Assembly (NCBI GenBank): GCA_947589335.1
Contig: CANPZH010000001.1
Coordinates: forward strand, 1 to 34,536
From: an uncultured Clostridia bacterium
Lineage (GTDB): Bacteria > Bacillota > Clostridia > Christensenellales > Borkfalkiaceae
Length of the DNA: 34,536 nucleotides
Reading direction: 5' to 3'
Each line of letters begins with the position of its first letter. The first letter of the stretch is position 1. The translations under genes were made by a program, and so were the position numbers. The notes under the pieces are model-generated. The model saw nothing but the letters and a program-made list of their open reading frames with translations, was not told the origin of the DNA and made no database searches. Shown here in pieces: positions 7,942 to 15,065 of the stretch.

Positions 7942-9435
7942 ATGAAGAAGGAATGGTTTTTCGACCGCTTCTGCGGCGAGCAGATCGTCGTATATGCCGA
8001 GGACGGCAAGATCGTCGAGGTCGGCGCGGAGAGCGAGAAGCACGGCGACGTGCTCGGCAACATCTATAAAGGACGGGTGAAGAACGTCGTGCACGGCATG
8101 CAGGCGGCGTTCATCGCCTGCGGAATGGAGAGAAATTGCTACCTGCCCCTGAACGAGGGGGCCTCCATTCTCTCTCATTACGACGGCGGGGGGCAGATCA
8201 GAACGACGCTGCCCATGAACGAGGGCGACGAGATCCTCGTGCAGGTCGTCAAGCCCCCGCGCGGGAGCAAGGGCGCAAAGGTCTCCTGCGACCTCTCGTT
8301 CGTCGGGAAGAACCTCATCTTCCTGCCCAAGACCGACTTTTTGGGCATCTCCCGCAAGATCACCGAGGAGGAGACCCGCGAAGAGCTGCTGAAGGAGGCG
8401 GACAAGCTCCGTGAGCCCGGGCAGGGCTTTATCGTGCGGACGGCGGCGGCGACCGCCACAAAGCGGCATCTGAAGACGGAGTCGGAATACCTCAAGCGCA
8501 TCTACCGCGCCGTGCTCGAGGCGGCGAAGGACGCGCCCGTCGGCTCCGCGGTCTACCGCGAATACGATCTCCCCATCCGCATCATGCGGGATTCCTTGGG
8601 CGACGGCGTCTCGAAGATCTACGTCGGCGACGGGGAGCTCTACGAAAAAGTACTGCGCCTTGCGCGCATGCGCGGGGACATCGGGGAGAGGAAGGTCGTC
8701 CACTATACGGGCGAGCGGAGCATGTTCGCATATTACGGACTGCAGGAGCAGATCTACGGGCTCGCGAACCCCCGCATCAAGCTCGGGAACGGCGCCTATC
8801 TCGTCATCGACCGCACGGAGGCGATGACGGTGTTCGACGTGAACACGGGCAGATACACGGGCGAATCGGACCTCGAAAGCACGGTCTTCGAGACGAACCT
8901 TCTGGCGGCGAGGGAGATCGCGCGGCAGGTCCGCCTGCGGAACATCGGCGGGATCGTCGCCGTGGACTTCATCGACATGACGGAGGAGCACCGCGCGGCG
9001 GTGGAAGAAGAGCTCGTGCGGGCGCTCGCGGGGGACCCGGCGAAGAGCCGCGTCCTGCCGATGAGCGACCTCTGCGTCACCCTCTTCACCCGCAAGCGGA
9101 GGAACAACGATCTGAGCTCCTTCCTCCTGAAGCCCTGCGGGCACTGCACGCGGCAGGGCTACGTCCTCTCGGACATCTATATGGCGATGAGGATCCGCAG
9201 CGCCGCGCTCGATCATTTCGCGATGGGGTACCGCGCGCTGATCATCGAGCTCAACCGCGGGCTGATGAACAAGATCCTCTCCGAACGCTACTTCGCGGAA
9301 GAGCTTGCGGGCCCGTGGAAGGGGAAGCGGATCTACATGATCCCGCATTCCACCTATCCCGAGGAAAAATTTTCCGTCCGCGGCGACAACGCCGCCGTTT
9401 TGACGCTGCCGAACGACGCGCAGATCCTGTACTGA
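7942..9435 (+). CDS. rng: Ribonuclease of the Rne/Rng (RNase E/G) family
   Basis: An N-terminal S1-like region (GNIYKGRVKNVVHGMQAAFIACG) and a catalytic-core signature (LVIDRTEAMTVFDVNTGRYTG, IGGIVAVDFIDM) are present. Confidence 0.85.
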   Translation: MKKEWFFDRFCGEQIVVYAEDGKIVEVGAESEKHGDVLGNIYKGRVKNVVHGMQAAFIACGMERNCYLPLNEGASILSHYDGGGQIRTTLPMNEGDEILVQVVKPPRGSKGAKVSCDLSFVGKNLIFLPKTDFLGISRKITEEETREELLKEADKLREPGQGFIVRTAAATATKRHLKTESEYLKRIYRAVLEAAKDAPVGSAVYREYDLPIRIMRDSLGDGVSKIYVGDGELYEKVLRLARMRGDIGERKVVHYTGERSMFAYYGLQEQIYGLANPRIKLGNGAYLVIDRTEAMTVFDVNTGRYTGESDLESTVFETNLLAAREIARQVRLRNIGGIVAVDFIDMTEEHRAAVEEELVRALAGDPAKSRVLPMSDLCVTLFTRKRRNNDLSSFLLKPCGHCTRQGYVLSDIYMAMRIRSAALDHFAMGYRALIIELNRGLMNKILSERYFAEELAGPWKGKRIYMIPHSTYPEEKFSVRGDNAAVLTLPNDAQILY

Positions 9436-9457
9436 TCCCGCGCGGGAGAATATGCCC

Positions 9458-10396
9458 ATGAAATACATCGAACTGACCATTCATACCACGTCGGAAGCGA
9501 GCGAGCTCGTCTCCGACGTCATTTGGGAATACACCGACCTCGGCGTTTCGGTGTGCGACTTCAACGACGTCCTCGCCCTGCAGCGGGACAGCTCCGTCTT
9601 CTGGGACTACATGGACGAAGAGGTCTCCGCTCCGAGAACGGACGTGCTCGTCAAGTGCTTCTTTTTGCCGGAGGAGGCGGATGAGAAGATCCCCGCGCTC
9701 CTCCATGAGATCGGGAAGCGGCGGGAACAGGGCGGCGGAGCGGTCGACTTCGGCACCCTCGAGACGGCGCGGCGGGAGATCGACGGAGACGACTGGATCG
9801 ACGTCTGGAAAAAACATTTCCGCCCCATTCACATCGGCAGGGTCGTCGTCGTGCCCGAGTGGATCCCCTATACCGAAGGGGAGGGCGAGGAGACCGTCTC
9901 CCTCGATTCGAGCATGGCGTTCGGCACGGGCGAACACGAGACGACGCGCATGTGCGCAGAGCTCCTGCAGGAGTATATCGGGGAGGGAGACGTCGTCCTC
10001 GACGTGGGCTGCGGGAGCGGCATTTTAGGCATCGCGGCGGCGAAGCTCGGCGCGAAGACGTGCTATCTTTCCGATCTCGACCCCATCGCCGTGAAGAGCG
10101 CAACGCACAACGCCTTCAAAAGCGGCGTATCCGGGAAGACGATCGTCTCGCAGGCAGATCTTCTCGACGGGGCAGAGGTCAAGGCAGATCTCATTCTTGC
10201 GAACATCACGGCGGAGGTGCTCGCGCTCCTTGCGCCCTCCGTCCCCGGCGCATTGAAGGAGGGCGGCACGCTCATTCTGAGCGGGATCATCAAGGAGCGT
10301 CTCGGATACGTGAAGGAAAAATACGCGGCGCAGGGGCTTGCCCTTCTGCGCGAGGAACGCATGGGCGAATGGTACGCCCTCGTCTATCGGAAGTGA
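9458..10396 (+). CDS. prmA: Ribosomal protein L11 methyltransferase
   Basis: Contains FGTGEHETTRMC and the SAM motif VLDVGCGSGILGIAA. The prmA-rsmE-mtaB order is conserved. The ATG at 9458 has better spacing to the GGGAGA RBS than the ATG at 9452. Confidence 0.9.
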   Translation: MKYIELTIHTTSEASELVSDVIWEYTDLGVSVCDFNDVLALQRDSSVFWDYMDEEVSAPRTDVLVKCFFLPEEADEKIPALLHEIGKRREQGGGAVDFGTLETARREIDGDDWIDVWKKHFRPIHIGRVVVVPEWIPYTEGEGEETVSLDSSMAFGTGEHETTRMCAELLQEYIGEGDVVLDVGCGSGILGIAAAKLGAKTCYLSDLDPIAVKSATHNAFKSGVSGKTIVSQADLLDGAEVKADLILANITAEVLALLAPSVPGALKEGGTLILSGIIKERLGYVKEKYAAQGLALLREERMGEWYALVYRK

Positions 10397-10399
10397 GTT

Positions 10400-11113
10400 A
10401 TGGCGCGCAACCGTTTTTTTGTCGATACGATCGGGGAGGAAGTCGTCCTCACGGGGGATGAATTCCGCCATGCGAGAAACGTTCTGCGCCTCAGGGAGGG
10501 GAGCGAGATCACCCTCCTCGACGGGAGCGGCGCGGAGTATGCCGCGGTCGTGGCGAAGGTGGAGCGCAACGCGCTCGTCGCGCACGTGCTGTCGCGGCGG
10601 GAGGGGACGCGCGAGCCGGAGACGGACGTGCTCCTCCTCGTCGGCGCGCTGAAGGGGGACAAGACGGAGTTCGTCGTGCAGAAGGCGACCGAACTCGGCG
10701 CGGGGGAGATCGGCGTGTTCTCCTCGGAGTACTGCGCCGCCTATATGAACGAAAACAAACTCGAACGCTTAAACCGGGTCGCGCGGGAGGCGGCGAAGCA
10801 ATGTATGCGGGGCAAGGCGCCCGCCGTCGTCTGTTTCGGCAGTCTCGAAGAGGCGCTCGGGCACGCGGAGGGGTACCGGAATAAGCTGTTCGCCTGCGAA
10901 TTTGCGGAGGAGAGCGAAAAAGATCCCGGCAAAGCGGAGGGATCCTGCGCCCTCGTCGTTGGCAGCGAGGGCGGCTTTTCGAAGGCGGAGGCAGAGCTTG
11001 CGCGCGCCCACGGATTCGCCATGGTCTCCCTCGGCAAGCGGATCCTCAGGGCGGAGACGGCGGCGATCGCGCTGCTCTCCGTCGTTTTATACGGATTGGG
11101 AGAACTGAAATGA
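10400..11113 (+). CDS. rsmE: 16S rRNA (uracil1498-N3)-methyltransferase
   Basis: The N-terminus has RFFV...GDEFRHARNVLRLREGSEI and the C-terminus has a SPOUT knot motif (LVVGSEGGFS..E, LGKRILRAETAAI). Confidence 0.9.
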   Translation: MARNRFFVDTIGEEVVLTGDEFRHARNVLRLREGSEITLLDGSGAEYAAVVAKVERNALVAHVLSRREGTREPETDVLLLVGALKGDKTEFVVQKATELGAGEIGVFSSEYCAAYMNENKLERLNRVAREAAKQCMRGKAPAVVCFGSLEEALGHAEGYRNKLFACEFAEESEKDPGKAEGSCALVVGSEGGFSKAEAELARAHGFAMVSLGKRILRAETAAIALLSVVLYGLGELK

Positions 11114-12336
11114 AGGCGTGCGTCTTTACCCTCGGGTGCAAGATGAACGAGGTCGAGAGCGCGTCGCTCATGCGCGGGCTCGAGGCGCGCGGCTATGAGG
11201 TGACGGACGAGCTCGGCTATGCCGATCTGTACCTGCTCAACACCTGCGCGGTGACCGCGGAGGCGGAGAAGAAGTCCCGCCAGGCAGTCGCCCGCATGCG
11301 GAAGTTCAATCCCCAAGCGCCCGTCATCGTGTGCGGCTGTGCGTCCGAGCGGGACGGCGGCGCGTTCGCGAGGCGGGAGGGCGTCACGCTGGTCACCGGG
11401 GCGCAGAACAAGGGCAGGGTGCTCGATCTGTTGGAGAAGCGCGGGATCTTTCGGGAGACGGAGACCGCCTTCTGCGCGCTCCCCGCTCCCAAGCGCACGA
11501 AGACGCGCGCATTTTTGCGGATCCAGGACGGCTGCAACCGCTTCTGTTCCTACTGCATCATTCCCTATCTGCGGGGCAGAACGCGCTCGGGAAGCGCGGA
11601 GAGCATTCTCCGCGAGGCGGCGCAATGCGGGGCAAAGGAGATCGTGCTGACGGGCATCGACATCTCCTCCTACCGGGACGGAGACTGCGATCTTTCGGGG
11701 CTTCTCCGGAAGTTGGGGGAGCTCCCCGTGCGGATCCGCCTCGGTTCTTTGGAGGCGGGGGTCGTGACGGACGGATTCCTTCTCGCCGCGCGGGAGGCGG
11801 GCAACGTCATGCCGCACTTTCATCTCTCGATGCAGAGCGGCTCCACGGCGGTGCTGCGGGCGATGAACCGCAAGTACACGCGGGAGGAGTACCTCGGCTG
11901 CTGCGGGCGGGTCCGCAAATACTTCCCCGACGCCGCGATCACGACGGATATCATCGTCGGATTCCCGGCGGAGACGGAGGAGGACTTCGAATCGTCTCTT
12001 TCCGCCGTGAGAGAGGCGGGGTTTGCGCGGGTGCACTGCTTCCCCTTCTCGAGCCGGCCGGGGACGGCGGCGGCAAAACTTCAGGATCTTCCCGCCGCGG
12101 TCAAGCGGGAGCGCATGGGGCGCATGGCGGAGGAGGCAAAACGCGCGGAAAGCGCATACATATCGCGTTTTATCGGCAGGGAGCTCACCGTGCTGTTCGA
12201 GGAAGAGGGCGGATATTCCGAAAACTATATCCGCGTCTATGCGGAGGGAGCCCGCGAGGGCGCGCTCTGCCGCGTGCGGGTCACGCAGCCCGAACGAGAC
12301 GGCGTCCGTGCCGAAATTTTGGAGGTATTATCATGA
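11110..12336 (+). CDS. mtaB: Radical-SAM methylthiotransferase, MtaB type
   Basis: The UPF0004 N-domain (FTLGCKMNEVES...LLNTCAVT) and the radical-SAM CNRFCSYCIIP motif are present. An ATGA overlap couples it to rsmE. Its position after rsmE matches B. subtilis yqeV. Confidence 0.85.
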   Translation: MKACVFTLGCKMNEVESASLMRGLEARGYEVTDELGYADLYLLNTCAVTAEAEKKSRQAVARMRKFNPQAPVIVCGCASERDGGAFARREGVTLVTGAQNKGRVLDLLEKRGIFRETETAFCALPAPKRTKTRAFLRIQDGCNRFCSYCIIPYLRGRTRSGSAESILREAAQCGAKEIVLTGIDISSYRDGDCDLSGLLRKLGELPVRIRLGSLEAGVVTDGFLLAAREAGNVMPHFHLSMQSGSTAVLRAMNRKYTREEYLGCCGRVRKYFPDAAITTDIIVGFPAETEEDFESSLSAVREAGFARVHCFPFSSRPGTAAAKLQDLPAAVKRERMGRMAEEAKRAESAYISRFIGRELTVLFEEEGGYSENYIRVYAEGAREGALCRVRVTQPERDGVRAEILEVLS

Positions 12337-12674
12337 ACGACTGTATTTTCTGTAAGATCATTGCGGGAGAGATCCCCTCGTCCAAGGTCTATGAAGACGA
12401 TGAGATCCTCATCTTCAAGGACATCGCGCCGATCGCGAAGATCCACCTTCTGTGCGTGCCCAAGGAGCACTTTGCCTATCTTTCGGAGGCGGACGGCGCA
12501 CGCGCGCAGATGCTCGGGCGCACCCTTACGAAGATCGCCGGGCTGCGGGGAAGGCTCGGGCTTTCGGAGGGATACCGCCTCGTGATCAACCAGGGGGAGA
12601 ACGCCGGGCAGAGCGTTCATCATCTGCATATCCACATTCTCGGCGGCGAGCCCCTGCCCTGGGGCGGACAGTGA
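12333..12674 (+). CDS. HIT-family nucleotide hydrolase
   Basis: MNDCIFCKIIAGEIPS... and the histidine triad HHLHIHILGG. The gene overlaps the mtaB stop codon. Confidence 0.9.
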   Translation: MNDCIFCKIIAGEIPSSKVYEDDEILIFKDIAPIAKIHLLCVPKEHFAYLSEADGARAQMLGRTLTKIAGLRGRLGLSEGYRLVINQGENAGQSVHHLHIHILGGEPLPWGGQ

Positions 12675-12693
12675 GAGCTTCTTTGAGCGGCAA

Positions 12694-12728
12694 TCGCCGC
12701 GCCGCCAAAGCGTTTGGCGGCGCGGCGA
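12694..12728 (+). terminator. 16-bp stem-loop without a U-tract
   Basis: TCGCCGCGCCGCCAAA (12694-12709) pairs with TTTGGCGGCGCGGCGA (12713-12728). Confidence 0.5.
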
Positions 12729-12817
12729 AAAGCGTGAAAGCATCTTTTCACGGATCCTCCGTATAAAATTTTTTCGGTTTGTCAAACATCCTTCCGAACG
12801 TTCGGGAGGGTGTTTTC

Positions 12818-13246
12818 ATGTTGAAAGGTCTGAAGATCGCGGGCGGGTTGCTTTCGGCGGCGTGTGCGCTGCTCTGCGGGGTGTTTTTGTATGTGCTCTG
12901 CCGCGCGCCCGTGTTTGCGGCGGGGGAGCGCTACACCCTCTATCTCGGAGACAGCTCCTCGGCGCGTATGGTCGCTGCGGAAGATCCTCTCCTTGCCAAA
13001 CTCCGCCTCGGGAACGTGCGGGGGGAGAGCGTGCAATACGACGGGGACAGATACGAGGAGCTGAAAGAGCGGTACCGCGCGGTCCTTCTCTTCACGGAGA
13101 CGGCGGGCGGGACGACGAACTACTATCTGTACTCCCCCCTGATCCGCGGGGGGATCGGGTTCGGCGGGCACACCGTCAACCTGCACATCGCGGTGAGCGG
13201 GGAAAAGACGGCGGCGGGAACGCCCGTCATCTTCGGCGGCTTTTGA
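12818..13246 (+). CDS. Small membrane-anchored protein, possibly YwmB/DUF1779-like
   Basis: ATG at 12818 follows a GGGAGGG RBS. The product has an N-terminal TM helix. The C-terminal NLHIAVSGEKTAAGTPVIFGGF resembles the YwmB-family ending. The family call is weak. Confidence 0.5.
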   Translation: MLKGLKIAGGLLSAACALLCGVFLYVLCRAPVFAAGERYTLYLGDSSSARMVAAEDPLLAKLRLGNVRGESVQYDGDRYEELKERYRAVLLFTETAGGTTNYYLYSPLIRGGIGFGGHTVNLHIAVSGEKTAAGTPVIFGGF

Positions 13247-13317
13247 TCCTTTTCCGCAGTGCAGGGTATAAAAACCGCCGCGGAGGGCAACCATTACATA
13301 AAAATCTGGAGGCTCCT

Positions 13318-14040
13318 ATGAAAGACAAGGAAAATACGGTTACTATGTCCAAAAGAAAAAAGATCGTCTATTCTGTCATTCTTGCGGTGTGCGTGCTGCT
13401 CATCGTCGCCGCAACGGTGCTCACGGTGTATTTCGTGACGAACAGCGGCAGCGAAGTGCTCGAGGAACCGCCCGCAGGCGGTCCCGATGAGCCGAGCGGT
13501 CCAAGCGAGCCCGAGGGTCCCGGAGAGCCGAGCGGCCCGAGCGAGCCCGAAGGTCCCGGAGAGCCGAGCGGTCCGAGCGAACCCGAAGGTCCCGGCGAGC
13601 CGAGCGGCGGCGAAGGCAGAGTGGCGTTCGTCTCCCCCGTGGAGGCGGCGGTCTGCACGGTGGCATATTATGAGATCTACAACAATGCGACGCTCGACAA
13701 CTGGACCCGCCATCTTGCGATGGACTTTGCGGCGGACGAGGGCTCGGCGGTGTGCGCGATGAGCGACGGAACGGTCGTCGGCATCAGCCTCGACGACGTG
13801 CTCGGCAATCTTGTGGAGATCGCCCACGAGGGAGGGATCACGACCGTGTACCGGTTTGTTGATCCCGTGGAGACCCTCCGCGTCGGGGATACCGTGAAGC
13901 AGGGGCAGAAGATCGCGGAGATCTCCGCCGCTTGCGGAACGGAGGAAAAGGACGGCGCACATCTGCACCTCGAGATGAAGGCGGGCGGGAAGTATGTAGA
14001 CCCCGCCGACTATATCGACAAAACGTTCGAAGAGAAATAA
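13318..14040 (+). CDS. M23 family metallopeptidase with an N-terminal TM anchor (SpoIIQ-like architecture)
   Basis: A TM helix (IVYSVILAVCVLLIVAATVLTVYFV) is followed by a Pro/Glu/Ser/Gly repeat linker and an intact M23 domain with HLAMD (HxxxD) and HLHLE (HxH) motifs. Confidence 0.85.
   Translation: MKDKENTVTMSKRKKIVYSVILAVCVLLIVAATVLTVYFVTNSGSEVLEEPPAGGPDEPSGPSEPEGPGEPSGPSEPEGPGEPSGPSEPEGPGEPSGGEGRVAFVSPVEAAVCTVAYYEIYNNATLDNWTRHLAMDFAADEGSAVCAMSDGTVVGISLDDVLGNLVEIAHEGGITTVYRFVDPVETLRVGDTVKQGQKIAEISAACGTEEKDGAHLHLEMKAGGKYVDPADYIDKTFEEK
13489..13608 (+). repeat. In-frame 36-bp tandem repeat, 3.3 copies, encoding (EPSGPSEPEGPG)n
   Basis: Units at 13489-13524, 13525-13560 and 13561-13596 plus a partial fourth. 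They differ only at a few synonymous positions. Confidence 0.9.
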
Positions 14041-14058
14041 CGCCCATCCCCCCCTTCG

Positions 14059-14094
14059 GAGCCCGCCGCGCGAAATGCGCGGCGGGCTCTTTTG
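14059..14094 (+). terminator. Rho-independent terminator
   Basis: GAGCCCGCCGCGC (14059-14071) pairs with GCGCGGCGGGCTC (14077-14089) and is followed by TTTTG. Confidence 0.85.
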
Positions 14095-14104
14095 CGAAAA
14101 AATT

Positions 14105-14900
14105 CACGAAATTCTTTGCTTCCTCCACCCCCTTGGCGCCCCCTTGAGGGGGAGCTCCGCCATAGGCGGTGAGGGGGTGTCGGTCGAAAAGAATTTCCGT
14201 GAGGAAACGTGCTCCCGCGCCTTAACCTATTTGGTCCTCTCGTTCGTTTCATCGGACAACAAGCGCGAGGTATCGCGCAAATGGAGTGCGCTACCGCAGG
14301 GAAACCCTGCTCCGCGCAGTGGATTTTTAGGAAGCAGTCCCACTCTCTTGCTGTCCCCTTGAGGGGAAAGTGCCTGAGCGAAGCGAAGGCGAAAGGGTTT
14401 TGAAGTTTTGGCGGCGGGGACCGCCAAAACCCCGTCGGCGGGGCCACGCCTCCTGTCGCATTGTAGCTCACAGCCCACTGGGCTGTTGAGCAGAATTGCA
14501 ATGCTCCACCCTCAGTCGCTCCGCGACAGCTCCCCTACAAGGGGCGCCAAGCAGGGGTGCGCCTCGCGTGCCCTATACGTCATTCCGCCCTGCCCTATTC
14601 CCTAATACGTCATTTCGCCCCGCGCGAAGTTCTGATTCTCTAAGCGCGGCACGAGCGCCAACGGCGCGAAGTAGCGGAGCGAAGCGAAGTCGAGGAATCT
14701 CATCCTCAGATTCCTCCTCCCTTCGGTCGTCGGAATGACGTAAAAATGCGGTTGTCGGAATGACGCGGAGGGCATCGCCAACATGACGTAAAAAAGGACA
14801 TCGTTGAAACAGGGCGCGGGAGAGGACGTCGTCGGAACGGCGCGGAGGGGCCTGTCGGAACGGCGCGGAGGGGTCTGTCGGAAGGGCACAGGGGGGAAGA
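14105..14900. repeat. Gene-free region dense in stem-loops, inverted repeats and degenerate direct repeats (REP/BIME-like cluster)
   Basis: At least eight perfect or near-perfect hairpins were found (for example 14105-14201, 14406-14429, 14458-14504 and 14692-14716). There is a 12-bp inverted repeat, TACGTCATTCCG / CGGAATGACGTA, and a 23-26 bp direct-repeat array at 14725-14900. Every ORF across the region is Arg/Ser/Pro-rich junk. Confidence 0.75.
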
Positions 14901-14977
14901 AAAGCAAAAAAGAGGGGCGGGGGAAGGATCTGCCGCGTGAAATTTTCATCTTATCCGAAAAAGGGCGGGCGTCGGGG

Positions 14978-15006
14978 TTGCGTTTTCCGCAGAAAAATGG
15001 TATAAT
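14978..15006 (+). promoter_or_regulatory. Sigma-A type promoter: TTGCGT, 17 nt spacer, TGgTATAAT
   Basis: -35 at 14978-14983 and an extended -10 at 14998-15006, upstream of the helicase gene. Confidence 0.65.
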
Positions 15007-15065
15007 TCAAAGAGCAAGCGGAAAACATTCCGATGATCGCGGCGTCTGCCGCGAGGGAGCGCATC

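Noticed and set aside
12794-12805. Perfect 12-bp palindrome CCGAACGTTCGG just upstream of the RBS of the YwmB-like gene, considered as a LexA (Cheo) box.
   Set aside because: The Gram-positive SOS box is GAAC-N4-GTTC. Here the half-sites abut with no spacer and the downstream gene is not SOS-related. The palindrome is noted only as a possible local hairpin or operator.
14725-14900. Type III toxin-antitoxin-like RNA repeat array upstream of a protein gene.
   Set aside because: The repeats are degenerate rather than near-identical. No small ToxN/AbiE-type toxin gene follows, only a 5.6-kb helicase gene with its own promoter downstream of the array.
14010-15032. ORFs inside the 1-kb intergenic region: 14010-14501(-), 14075-14362(+), 14209-14403(+), 14408-14605(+), 14496-14738(+), 14602-14949(-) and the 5' part of 14804-15439(+).
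   Set aside because: They read straight through stacked hairpins and repeats and have no RBS. They encode Ser/Arg/Pro-rich strings characteristic of spurious translation of REP-like repeats.
15033-15065. Upstream in-frame ATG at 15033 as the helicase start.
   Set aside because: It lies about 20 nt from the predicted transcription start and has no RBS, whereas the ATG at 15066 has GAGGGAG 7 nt upstream. The 11 extra residues do not affect the functional call, and the alternative is kept in the feature evidence.
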